Part shown: in pieces, positions 22,555 through 31,923 of the stretch
How the letters are laid out: every line of letters starts with the position of its first letter
How positions within the stretch are numbered: the stretch's first letter is position 1
Source of the DNA: a virus
Lineage: Duplodnaviria; Caudoviricetes
IMG/VR virus record: IMGVR_UViG_3300034053_000029
Coordinates: 32,001 to 96,000 of that record
Direction: 5' to 3' (one strand)
DNA: 64,000 nt
Notes under the pieces: generated by a model
Told to the model about the DNA's origin: nothing
Seen by the model: the letters and a program-made list of their open reading frames with translations, nothing else
Database searches by the model: none
Translations under genes and position numbers: made by a program

Positions 22555-24288
22555 TTATTTTTTCTTTTTCTTTTTCAATCCGCTAATATCAACTGCTTGA
22601 GCAGGTGCGTATGTCTTACCTTTCGCAGACTCTTGATCGTGTGGATGGTCGATATCCCAAATACCACCGTTATGCTTTGCCTTCTCAGCAGCACCCCTTG
22701 CATCATGGGTGAATTCGCTACTAGCAGTTTTTTCTAGATTAGTTGATAGGGTTGGTGATGTAGCAACGATAGCACCATGAACACCTTTTTTGGATTTGTA
22801 TCTGTCTTTTGGCAAATACTCATCATCTTTAAATCGAGCATCAGATGGGGTTGCATGCCCATTGACCATCACAGTTCTATGCAATCCGTGAAGAACATGC
22901 TGATTATGATAACGGTATAACGTACCATTAACTTTCAGATGACCTGAATGTGCCTTATCTGGAGTGGTTGGCTTACCGTCACCATCGTAGTGTGCTTCTG
23001 ATGGAAGATTCTTTTCTTCTTCAGTTTGATCCTTATGAGCAACACCACTCGACCAATACCTAGCAGTCTTTACATGAGTTGCAAATTCTTTTTCGTCTTC
23101 AGAACCTCTGCGTAAATTGTGAACAACATATGAATGTTTTGCAGGAACTTCATGTCCCTCATCGTTCTTTACCTTGTCTCCATTAGAATCTGTCGATGTA
23201 ATTGTTTGTCTTACTCTGGTTGCGTCTCTTCCAACGTTTTCATCAATGGTGCCACCATTCTTTACTTTTGGGCCAGTGTTTGAATAAGTTACATGGTGAT
23301 CGTTCTCTGGATCATTCAATGCATTTGTCTTGCTATATTGATATGAAATAATCGAAGACTTTCCTTCAGACTTGCGCTGTTTGTTTAAATGCTTTAGAAC
23401 GTGTCTAGTCGATCTATCATTTTCTGCCAATGTGTTTGGACGAACAACGTGTCTCTCACCATTCTTATCTGATCTTTCAGCATCATTTCTAACGCTATGA
23501 GTATGAGCTAAGATGTAATCATGTGTCATTGCAGGATCATGCATTGCTTGAGTATTTGCAGCACGACCTACCGCAGCATGAGCATATTGTGTTTCTGCAT
23601 TGTGAGCAAAACACGCACCTTTTCTAACATCGGCACCACCAGATGAATCAATGCCACCACCACACCCTTTTGTTTGACCAGGGCAGGTATTGATGATGTG
23701 ATGTTTTTCTGATTCTCCAGTGCCGGAAGTGTATACAGAATGTCCTGCAACGTGCTTACAAGCAGAAGCGGCAAATGGTCTACCCTTCTCATCATGTTCA
23801 AATTTAATTGAATCAGTCTTTTCACTGTCTGAAGTTGTTCTGCCAGATGTGGATAAGTGCTTTGCCTTTTTTAATCTTTCAACTGCAGCTTTTTCACGTT
23901 TAATCTGCTCGTCTTTTGGAAGTTTAAAATGTTCATCTAATGCTGCTTTATGTCCTCTCTCAACTTCACCAATACTAAGTGGTGGTCTGTCTTCATGACC
24001 ATAAACTTCTGCTCTAGCTTTATTTCTTTCTTGCATACCAATGTGGTTTTTACCATTTTCCCACATATGTTTTGGCACATTAACAGATGATGCGGCCTTA
24101 CCCTTAACTCCGGCATCTGCTTTAACAATTATGCGACCCGCATGATCTGGATCGTTCTCTACAGACTCATGTAACTCTTCATTATGAATAGTTTCAAACT
24201 CATCAAAATGTTGTTGTTGAACTTCATTTTCTCTTGGCGTACTATTCGCTTTAAACGCTTTAAATCTAATCATTATTCTCTCCATCAA
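22555..24288 (-). CDS. His-rich 577-aa late protein with Gp88-like Cys motif
   Basis: MIRFKAFK near the N-terminus; NTCPGQTKGC...CFAHNAE...VRPNTLAEND...YQYSK; late promoter 24309-24316. Confidence 0.7.
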   Translation of the reverse strand: MMERIMIRFKAFKANSTPRENEVQQQHFDEFETIHNEELHESVENDPDHAGRIIVKADAGVKGKAASSVNVPKHMWENGKNHIGMQERNKARAEVYGHEDRPPLSIGEVERGHKAALDEHFKLPKDEQIKREKAAVERLKKAKHLSTSGRTTSDSEKTDSIKFEHDEKGRPFAASACKHVAGHSVYTSGTGESEKHHIINTCPGQTKGCGGGIDSSGGADVRKGACFAHNAETQYAHAAVGRAANTQAMHDPAMTHDYILAHTHSVRNDAERSDKNGERHVVRPNTLAENDRSTRHVLKHLNKQRKSEGKSSIISYQYSKTNALNDPENDHHVTYSNTGPKVKNGGTIDENVGRDATRVRQTITSTDSNGDKVKNDEGHEVPAKHSYVVHNLRRGSEDEKEFATHVKTARYWSSGVAHKDQTEEEKNLPSEAHYDGDGKPTTPDKAHSGHLKVNGTLYRYHNQHVLHGLHRTVMVNGHATPSDARFKDDEYLPKDRYKSKKGVHGAIVATSPTLSTNLEKTASSEFTHDARGAAEKAKHNGGIWDIDHPHDQESAKGKTYAPAQAVDISGLKKKKKK

Positions 24289-24311
24289 TAAAGGGTAATT
24301 TGTTATTATAT

Positions 24312-24791
24312 TTATGGTTTCATTCCATTACGGTGTAACCAATCATGCCAATAAGTTTTGCTTCCAATCCTTGAAGATTCGGCTTTATTGACACCCATCT
24401 TGTCTTTCCATTCCTTTGATCGTTTCTTGCTTTCCTCAACATCAAATCCTGTGTAGTCATCTTTTACCCATTGATGTTTATGGTGCCATACTTTAGGTGG
24501 ATTCGATTGTTTTGTGAGTTTGGACTTTCCATTTGCATGAACCTTGATTGAATCTCCAACCGTAGGTTCATGGGCAGTATCGAAATCTGGAGAATGAATG
24601 AACGAGAAAGAACCCTCTTTCTTGTTATGCTTTATTGCGGTATATTCAAAGTCCTTTGGGAGTTGTCCCTTGGCTTTATTTAATTCATCTTGAGGAAGGA
24701 CATGATCATATGATTTATGAATATAATGATCATGTCCCATCACCTTACCGACTTCGACCTTCTCTTCCAGATATTGCTTGAAGGATATCAT
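24312..24791 (-). CDS. Putative internal head protein resembling the non-MTase domain of DNA phosphorothioation-associated putative methyltransferases
   Basis: MISFKQYLEE; GKV...YIHKS, SPDFD, SNPPKVWHHK, DDY, RIG...W..WL. Confidence 0.6.
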   Translation of the reverse strand: MISFKQYLEEKVEVGKVMGHDHYIHKSYDHVLPQDELNKAKGQLPKDFEYTAIKHNKKEGSFSFIHSPDFDTAHEPTVGDSIKVHANGKSKLTKQSNPPKVWHHKHQWVKDDYTGFDVEESKKRSKEWKDKMGVNKAESSRIGSKTYWHDWLHRNGMKP

Positions 24792-25378
24792 TTTTTGGTT
24801 ACAGTATGAACACCATTTTTTATACTATGATCATATTCACTTTCTGGAAATACATTATGCATAGCTTCTTGATAATGTGGATCATTAAGTTTTTTGTGGT
24901 GTTGCCAAGATTGGTCCTTTTGAGTCATTCTACCATTACCACTAGAGTCTCCGGTGTAAACGGAAAAATGAAATTTGCTGCCGGATGCAGGTTTCATAAA
25001 ACTCTTACATTGTTTTAGATGAGAAACTAGATGTTTCTTTTCTTTGATGACATTTCCGACATTATTTGAAAAAACGTGATCGGACTTACCACTATTTTGT
25101 TTCTCTACTTTGTCGTTGTGTTCTTGTGACCTGTTGAATGGGTCGAACACAGATGCATTTGCACCAGTAGTATCTTTGATGTGGGCAACACCTTTGTCAT
25201 ATTTTCCACCACCAACATCAGTTACCACATGATCTGGCTTAATGATACCTTTGGATGATACTTGTTTAATTGCAGATGCAACCTGATTTAGTGATGTTCC
25301 TGCTGACTTTTCCTTTTGGTCATCAAAATCACCAATACGTTCCAAAATCATTTCTAATATAATGGCGTTTAGTGACAT
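24788..25378 (-). CDS. SAM-dependent methyltransferase-like protein
   Basis: Motif I VTDVGGGKYD, FDPF, SNNVGNVI, later T..D.SWQ segment. Confidence 0.7.
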   Translation of the reverse strand: MSLNAIILEMILERIGDFDDQKEKSAGTSLNQVASAIKQVSSKGIIKPDHVVTDVGGGKYDKGVAHIKDTTGANASVFDPFNRSQEHNDKVEKQNSGKSDHVFSNNVGNVIKEKKHLVSHLKQCKSFMKPASGSKFHFSVYTGDSSGNGRMTQKDQSWQHHKKLNDPHYQEAMHNVFPESEYDHSIKNGVHTVTKK

Positions 25379-25379
25379 A

Positions 25380-25760
25380 TTACTTCCCCGATAGTTTTAC
25401 ATTATGACGATCTTCCAACTCTGCAGTAGTAGGTTTCGTGTTATGCACTTTTGTTGTTGCATTCACGCTGACCGGAACTGGATTCTCCAATTCATGGTAT
25501 TCATCGCCAGATTTTTTATCAGGATCAGAATTTGAACTTTGAGTAAGCCTCGAATCCCATGTCTGTGTATATCTTGCACCTGCAGGTGGAGTTTGACCTT
25601 TACGAACCCTAATATGAGTGTGCTTATTACCTGCTTTATCTGATGCATCTTGGGCATCTTTAACTTCATCATAGTTTGAGTCGGATTTGCTACCAAATCC
25701 CTCTAAAATCTTTTTGATCGACTCGTTGTATTTTTTATTATCAAACCCATTCTCATTCAT
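25380..25760 (-). CDS. Hypothetical late protein
   Basis: TATAAATA at 25794-25801; ...KKILE motif. Confidence 0.65.
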   Translation of the reverse strand: MNENGFDNKKYNESIKKILEGFGSKSDSNYDEVKDAQDASDKAGNKHTHIRVRKGQTPPAGARYTQTWDSRLTQSSNSDPDKKSGDEYHELENPVPVSVNATTKVHNTKPTTAELEDRHNVKLSGK

Positions 25761-25969
25761 GTAATTATCCTTTATGATTGATTCATATGAATATATTTAT
25801 AGAATGTCCTTTTGGAGAATTTTCCATAATAATTCCATCACTTCTATATATCGGATAATATGTCAATGTGGTTGATGCCTCAATGACTTCCGAATTACCC
25901 AACGTCACTACATTGTATTGTGTCGAAAGAACACCACACGGAGAGACGTATGGGTAATATGTCGGGTAG

Positions 25970-26521
25970 TTACAGATCACCATGATGGTCGAATGTCACT
26001 GGAATTTTTTGCATTTCGGCAATGAGGTCTTCCATATTGTAAAATTTAAAATTGTTGGTGTCAATCCCAACGTCTTTAATGCGACCTTGGAGACCAGTAG
26101 GACTAGAATGACAGTGGCCATGAAAATGTATTGCTCCATGCCCCATACCATTCCATCGAGCCATAGGGAAATGGCACATAACAATCTTCTGTTTGTTGAT
26201 CGTGATTTCCTTTAGCTTTTCGACCCAAACAAAATATCGATGAAGCTCGACTTCCTTACGGATTCGATAATCGTGGTTTCCAAGAACGAGCTTGATTTGT
26301 CCTGTGAGCTTTGGCAGAAGATCATACAGACGTTCCTTGCGACCCATAGCAAGATCGCCAAGCACATAAATTTCATCGTGTGGCTTGACCGTTGAAGTCC
26401 AGTAATCAAGTAACGCCTCACTCATGGCATCACTTGTGTCAAATGCGCCACGAGATTCTTGGCAGTATTTTACGATATTCTCATGGTAAAAATGGGTATC
26501 CGCTGTAATCCAAATTGTCAT
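25970..26521 (-). CDS. Calcineurin-like phosphoesterase
   Basis: ADTHFYH, LGD, GNHD, CHFP, HGHCH. Confidence 0.9.
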   Translation of the reverse strand: MTIWITADTHFYHENIVKYCQESRGAFDTSDAMSEALLDYWTSTVKPHDEIYVLGDLAMGRKERLYDLLPKLTGQIKLVLGNHDYRIRKEVELHRYFVWVEKLKEITINKQKIVMCHFPMARWNGMGHGAIHFHGHCHSSPTGLQGRIKDVGIDTNNFKFYNMEDLIAEMQKIPVTFDHHGDL

Positions 26522-26736
26522 AATTTACTCCTAATCAGGTAATGCCTTGTAATGTGCAAGATGTTCAAAAAGTTTGATGATGTAACCGGCAGATGATCCA
26601 GAATGGTCTCGACCATCCAATATGGATAACATCTTAATTACATCGGTGCACAATATCTCTTGCATACCGTCTTTCCAAACTCCGTCAGTAACCCAACCTT
26701 TCCTGACAAACTCACTCATAGCAAATTCTGCGCTGT

Positions 26737-27129
26737 TCATACTTTAATCTCCCATTGAAAACGTGCCTTCATGCGTTCAATAGCTGCCTCTGGCACGTTA
26801 TGAATTGATCCAAACTCACCTTGAACGGTAATAATTTGCAACTTAATTCCCTTCTCTTTCGCCAGATCGATATACGGTTGACATTCCTTTTGAGTAGTGA
26901 AGGTGTTCGATACAATTACACTCATATTGTGACCGAGATATTCATCGGTCTGCCGGAAGCACCACTGATGAGCAGAATGCAATTTCGATTGGTCAAAAAC
27001 GTATTGACCATTTTTCATGAAATACATATCTGCTTCAAAATTAATGGAGTTATTATCTGCACCTAGTGCCTTAGCCAAAGTGGATTTACCTGACCCAGGA
27101 AGACCACGGATGAGTGTTAGTGTTTGCAT
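26737..27129 (-). CDS. P-loop kinase (AAA_33 / polynucleotide kinase-like)
   Basis: RGLPGSGKST, EAD, VIVSNT, HNVP. Confidence 0.85.
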   Translation of the reverse strand: MQTLTLIRGLPGSGKSTLAKALGADNNSINFEADMYFMKNGQYVFDQSKLHSAHQWCFRQTDEYLGHNMSVIVSNTFTTQKECQPYIDLAKEKGIKLQIITVQGEFGSIHNVPEAAIERMKARFQWEIKV

Positions 27130-27572
27130 TATAATCCCTTAATTGTGTCCTTCAACTCCAAATACATTTCATTGTATTTGCGAAGTCGAGCAGTATCTTT
27201 TTCCGTTATCCCTTTAAGCCTACGAATGTCGCTGTTATGACGAAGATCAGCAAGTTTTACAAGAATGGCATCTTTATTGGTCTTAATCCCATCAACATAT
27301 TCACGGTGAGTTTGTCCACGGTATTTGGTCAATAGTCGAAGTGCATCAACTACCCTCTTGGTGAATCCCATTTCAGATAGATCATTAAACGTAACGTCAG
27401 TGTCTTCAACAACATCGTGCATCACCGCAATCATCATAACTTCAAGATCATCAGTTTTGGTGTAATGCATAACTTTCAATGGATGCAAGATATAAGGCAT
27501 ACCACCTTTATCGAATTGCCCCATATGTTTTTCAGAGGCAAGTGCAATTGCTTTAGCTAGAAGAGTTTTCAT
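27129..27572 (-). CDS. HD-domain hydrolase, SpoT/Mesh1-like
   Basis: PYILHPLKV, AVMHDVVEDT, VKLADLRHN. Confidence 0.85.
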   Translation of the reverse strand: MKTLLAKAIALASEKHMGQFDKGGMPYILHPLKVMHYTKTDDLEVMMIAVMHDVVEDTDVTFNDLSEMGFTKRVVDALRLLTKYRGQTHREYVDGIKTNKDAILVKLADLRHNSDIRRLKGITEKDTARLRKYNEMYLELKDTIKGL

Positions 27573-27782
27573 AATACGTCATCCTTAATTTCTTTTTTAT
27601 GAGCAGCACGTTCCGATTTCCAAAACACTCGCTTGCACCAACGAAGGTGTTTCCACCATTGCGGAGACCGAGTTCGTGTTCCTTTTTTAACTGATGCCAT
27701 GATGCCTCCTGTGAAGATTGAATTATACGCCTTATTTAGAACAAGTCAAGAAAAATATAAGTTATTGATTTACAAATGGAAA

Positions 27783-27812
27783 AGGGACAAACCCCTTACG
27801 AGATTTGTCCCT
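27783..27812 (-). terminator. Intrinsic terminator hairpin
   Basis: AGGGACAAA...TTTGTCCCT with adjacent plus-strand A run. Confidence 0.65.
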
Positions 27813-27825
27813 CAATTCGACATTG

Positions 27826-27873
27826 TATAAATAATATGTGGATCACGATGCGCTAACATCTATCCACCCTAGA
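27826..27873 (+). promoter_or_regulatory. Late promoter plus structured leader, family A copy 2
   Basis: TATAAATA 27826-27833; GTGGAT-CAC-GATG-CGCTAA-CATC-T-ATCCAC-CCTAGA at 27838-27873. Confidence 0.75.
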
Positions 27874-27900
27874 ACTTAAACTAAACATGGGAGTCCCAGC

Positions 27901-28542
27901 ATGAATATTTATGCCGAAATGATATCAACAATTGCAATTAAAAACAAATATACCAAATGGTATCTGTCGATTATTTCAAACTCAAAATATAAAGAAGGGT
28001 ATTGTGAAAAACATCATATTCTTCCAAAGTGTTTCAAACTTGGTGGAGAAAAAGACCCATCAAATATCGTCAAATTGACTGCTAAAGAGCATTTTGTTTG
28101 TCATTTGTTATTGACTAAAATGTTCTTAGACAAAAAGAAATTTCAAATGATATACGCTTGCAATCGGATGTGTTTCAAACAAACACCAAATCACAAACGA
28201 GAATATGCAGTTTCATCTTCAGTATATGCTATAGTTAAATCAGAACAATCAAAGTATATGAAAATTAACAATCACAATAAAGATGGCAGTCAATCTAAAG
28301 CAGCATGGGATGTTGCATCCGAAGAAAGACATATAAATCAATCAGCAGTTGCAACTAAAAGGAATATAGAATATTGGGCAACAAGAAAGAAACCAATATT
28401 AGATTTTATATGTGAAGTGTGTGGAATTGAGTTTACATCAAAAAAGGAAAATCGTCGTTGTTGCGGCAAATCTTGTGCAGCAAGACTCAGAAATAAAATG
28501 CGGTGGCTTGGGAAACAAGGTATGCCACCAACCCCGGTTTGA
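27901..28542 (+). CDS. HNH homing endonuclease
   Basis: EKHHILPK...NIVKLTAKEHFVCH; C-terminal CxxC...CxxxC. Confidence 0.85.
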   Translation: MNIYAEMISTIAIKNKYTKWYLSIISNSKYKEGYCEKHHILPKCFKLGGEKDPSNIVKLTAKEHFVCHLLLTKMFLDKKKFQMIYACNRMCFKQTPNHKREYAVSSSVYAIVKSEQSKYMKINNHNKDGSQSKAAWDVASEERHINQSAVATKRNIEYWATRKKPILDFICEVCGIEFTSKKENRRCCGKSCAARLRNKMRWLGKQGMPPTPV

Positions 28543-28800
28543 GTACTCCTTATGCTGCTAAGGCCCAAACAGCGTCATTAGATGCGCCATTTACATAGTT
28601 TATCATCTTCGACCGAGTTGCCCCAATCCTAACGGCTTCTGATTATTGCCGATTCTCCAGATCATATCTATGCCCAATCGAAAGGATTATACAGGCCCAT
28701 GGATAAGCACACATCTCTATGTGCTTATTGGTGGACCTGACGGACACCACGCCGTGTCTTGAACATTTCAACTTTCCTTCAACGAATTCTTAAAATCCTT
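28500..28800 (-). ncRNA. ssrA: Circularly permuted (two-piece) tmRNA
   Basis: 3' acceptor CAGGTCC-A-CCA (ends 28729) lies upstream of 5' GGGCCTG (starts 28698), with a G3:U70 pair. 30-nt hairpin intervening segment. TTCGA-TTGGGCAT pairs with ATGTTCAA-GAC. Tag frame GGC GCA TCT AAT GAC GCT GTT TGG GCC TTA GCA GCA TAA (28588-28550). Outer ends approximate. Confidence 0.88.
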
Positions 28801-28905
28801 CTCTATTCACAAATAATGCACCGTCATAAACCATCCATGATCCACAAAATGTTAACCAGTCACACTTAGATTCTTTCCATACATCAAAGAACTCTTTTTT
28901 CATGT

Positions 28906-29760
28906 TCATGATTTAACCCAACTCGAATTAACCTTAATGAATCCACTAAATGACTTTGGCTCACGTTTCAAAAATCCATAGTCAAGTTTCATGAATCCTT
29001 TTGTCGTTGCGGTTTCTCCGGTATTCCTATCAGTATCTTTAGACACACTCATGTATGACGAATCATCATGGTCGGAATCACGGAACAATACTTGTCCATG
29101 TTTCTTGTCAATACCAAATAACATTAATGCATGATACATATGATTATCATCAGAGACAGATTTCTTTCTGAGCTTCAACGTACCATCAGATAAAAACTTA
29201 CTATTCATAATGGTTCCTGCAGTCTTTGCCATAGCAATAACAGGAACACCGGTCTTGACAACTTCCAATGCAGAATCCAAATCATCAACTTTCTCAGCAT
29301 CGATGGACAACTTCTTACCATTGATCACGACGTTCTTAGACAACCCATCGATAACCTGTTCTAGCGTCAAACCCTTCGTAGGAATTTTAGGATACCATTG
29401 ATCTGAAATAACGGATGGAGAGATACCAAGTTGCATAGCAACCGAATGGACTACCTGCAGGTACAAACAGGCATCACCCTTCGCCTTGATTTTTTTAAAT
29501 TCTTGGTGATGGAGTGCGTTCTTCAAGAACATTAGATTTTCATCGTCATGAATATGTGATGTAGTTGACTCCGAGTTTTTCTTGATCGGAATCAACTCAC
29601 CGTGCGCCTGACGATAAACTGCTTTTCCATCCTTGCCCCAACGAGCAACGTGCATATAGGTTAATCCCATATCTTTTGCACGTTCACTCGTTTCAGACTC
29701 AAGAATCTGATTCACCATTTGTTTTACTTCAGATAACGGTTTCATAGGATAATTCCACAA
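28906..29760 (-). CDS. Papain-fold (C39-like) peptidase domain protein
   Basis: DACLY (Cys), GVPVI, YHALMLFGID (His), FRDS. Confidence 0.6.
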   Translation of the reverse strand: MWNYPMKPLSEVKQMVNQILESETSERAKDMGLTYMHVARWGKDGKAVYRQAHGELIPIKKNSESTTSHIHDDENLMFLKNALHHQEFKKIKAKGDACLYLQVVHSVAMQLGISPSVISDQWYPKIPTKGLTLEQVIDGLSKNVVINGKKLSIDAEKVDDLDSALEVVKTGVPVIAMAKTAGTIMNSKFLSDGTLKLRKKSVSDDNHMYHALMLFGIDKKHGQVLFRDSDHDDSSYMSVSKDTDRNTGETATTKGFMKLDYGFLKREPKSFSGFIKVNSSWVKS

Positions 29761-30344
29761 TGTTGTTCCAAATATTTAGGTACTCTTGAATGTTTGGGTA
29801 TGAACCCTGCTACATATTCTGCTTGATCTGCTAGGATATTACGGTTAGCGAGAATCAATGCTTCATATCTATTTGGTATATAAGGAACCCAAAGTAGTTC
29901 CATGCCGACATCTTCTAAAAACATATTTCCTTTTTTACCATTACATTTTTTGCACGACGAAATGCAGTTCATCCACGAGTCCTTACCACCTTTAGAAACA
30001 GGTATGATATGGTCTCTAGTCAAATGCGACTCTGAAAAATGATGACCACAATATCCACATATTAAGAGATCACGCTTAAATAAAGATGAATTACTCAGTA
30101 CTGGAGTTTTTGCTGCTTGATGTTTGAACTTACCCTTGATACCGATTATCGTACCAATGGTCATAGACGTTCTTTCTCCGGTCATGCGAGAAGTTCCTCC
30201 CATGATCATGTCTGGATCACCTAGTTCAAACGAAATAAGATTTTTTGCTTTTGCTGTCACTGCTGTTTCCCAATGTAACCATTGGTGCGGAAGTCCATCA
30301 CTTGTTAAACCTAAAACTAAATTATGTCTCATCTCAATATCCAT
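29742..30344 (-). CDS. HNH endonuclease (McrA-like Zn/HNH)
   Basis: CGYCG...TRDHIIPVSKGG...NCISSCKKCNGKK. Confidence 0.88.
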   Translation of the reverse strand: MDIEMRHNLVLGLTSDGLPHQWLHWETAVTAKAKNLISFELGDPDMIMGGTSRMTGERTSMTIGTIIGIKGKFKHQAAKTPVLSNSSLFKRDLLICGYCGHHFSESHLTRDHIIPVSKGGKDSWMNCISSCKKCNGKKGNMFLEDVGMELLWVPYIPNRYEALILANRNILADQAEYVAGFIPKHSRVPKYLEQHCGIIL

Positions 30345-30348
30345 TTCA

Positions 30349-30428
30349 TATAAATATATAGGTTAGCTAATATCGTCACATATCAGCAACTCGCTCGGAG
30401 ACGAGCTGTCCCTATGACAATATTTATT
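30349..30428 (+). promoter_or_regulatory. Late promoter plus structured leader, family B copy 1
   Basis: TATAAATA 30349-30356; TATAGG-TTAG-hairpin-hairpin-TGTC-CCTATG. Confidence 0.65.
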
Positions 30429-30440
30429 CTCGGAGATTAT

Positions 30441-31310
30441 ATGTATAACAACCCAAGATGCTCATGTGTTCTTTGTCACTTAGAGGTGTCATCTACTGTA
30501 TTATCAAAACATATTGGCGGAAAACTGTGTCAGGAAACAGTGAAATTCCCAAACAAAAAAGTTGGATTTTGTAAATACTGTAATATTGATATATCAAATC
30601 TAAATAAAAGTGAAAAACAAAATCATGTTCAATGGTGTAGTCACAACCCAAATAAAACCACAAAAAGAAAACAAGTTTCAGAGCAATTGAATGCGTCTTG
30701 GAAAACAAATAAAGACGATAGAATCTCTAAAGTTAAATACACTAAATCAATTAGGTATGGTGATGAAAACTATAATAACCCATCAAAGAATAAGGAAACA
30801 AATATTATCAATAATGGTGGTTATTCAAACAATAGAGAACAAGCAAAAGAGACTTGCATAAACAAATATGGTGTTGATAACCCAAATAAACTAAAATGTG
30901 TCAGAGATAAAATAGAAAACACAAATTTAGAAAAATATGGTGTTAGACATTTGATGCAAGATCATAATGTTTTTGAAGAGAGGCAATCCTACAGAAAAAC
31001 AAACAAACAATTCACTTTTCCTTCTGGAAAAGTTGTGAATGTTCAAGGGTATGAGCCTTTAGTCATACAACAACTTTTAGATTCAGGGTATTCTGAAGAT
31101 CAAATTCAAGTTACAGGAAGAAAAGGATTTAAATATGTGTTTGAAGGAAAAGAACGAATTTATCATCCTGATATTATCATACCACACGAAAATCGTGTAA
31201 TCGAGGTCAAATCAAAATATTGGTATGAAAGAGAACTAAGTAAAAACCTTGCCAAACAACAAGGAACAATATCTGCAGGATTTACCCACGAATTTGTTAT
31301 CGTAAAATAG
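30441..31310 (+). CDS. Putative homing endonuclease with PD-(D/E)XK C-terminus and KYGV repeats
   Basis: N-terminal CxxC motifs, KYGVDNP/KYGV repeats, YHPDIII...IEVKS; start trimmed to ATG after GGAG. Confidence 0.75.
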   Translation: MYNNPRCSCVLCHLEVSSTVLSKHIGGKLCQETVKFPNKKVGFCKYCNIDISNLNKSEKQNHVQWCSHNPNKTTKRKQVSEQLNASWKTNKDDRISKVKYTKSIRYGDENYNNPSKNKETNIINNGGYSNNREQAKETCINKYGVDNPNKLKCVRDKIENTNLEKYGVRHLMQDHNVFEERQSYRKTNKQFTFPSGKVVNVQGYEPLVIQQLLDSGYSEDQIQVTGRKGFKYVFEGKERIYHPDIIIPHENRVIEVKSKYWYERELSKNLAKQQGTISAGFTHEFVIVK

Positions 31311-31361
31311 AACCATAATCAATCCTTTCTATTTACGGTAAAATCCTTACCGTAGTAAGGA

Positions 31362-31760
31362 TCATGTTTGTTTGTATCTCTTTTTGTAGTCGGCGTATTG
31401 AAGATCGTACCATTCAATGTGGTTCTGAAACTCTTTTATTATTTCTTCGGCAACATATTTAGCCGAGTCTTTATGCTTAACAACTGTGGCTAGTCTTCGT
31501 TTAAGAAATGAAATTAGAATTCCATGCGATTCTTTATGCGCTTCGAGATATGGATATTCAAAACTTGCCATAAACTCTTCTTCAGTTTTACAATGAATTT
31601 CAAGAACCGTTTGTAATTGAGAAATAAGAGACAATAGGATAACGTCATCCACTTCAGTATATTTCCATTTCATATTTTCTAAAATGGCAAATATTTGTAG
31701 ATGTTCTTCATCGACTTTCTCGACTCCGACTTGATAGTACTTGTAGCGTTCTTTATCCAT
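31362..31760 (-). CDS. Bacteriohemerythrin-like protein
   Basis: VDEEH, HCKTEEEFM, AHKESH, NHI...DLQY ligand pattern; late promoter 31765-31772. Confidence 0.8.
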   Translation of the reverse strand: MDKERYKYYQVGVEKVDEEHLQIFAILENMKWKYTEVDDVILLSLISQLQTVLEIHCKTEEEFMASFEYPYLEAHKESHGILISFLKRRLATVVKHKDSAKYVAEEIIKEFQNHIEWYDLQYADYKKRYKQT

Positions 31761-31923
31761 CTATTATTTATGATAATCGTCACAACTGACATCAAACATA
31801 ATAAATTCTTTGGACACTACATGACATTTACCAAAATCGTCCTTGAATACCTTAGTTACAGGTATCGTGATACAACCAGATAAAATAAGGACTACTATCA
31901 CAGTTTTCATAATTAAATCCAGT

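Noticed and set aside
27600-28800. One-piece tmRNA interrupted by the HNH gene
   Set aside because: No T-arm/CCA end exists left of the HNH gene (only a terminator), and the matching acceptor 3' strand lies upstream, so the gene is permuted
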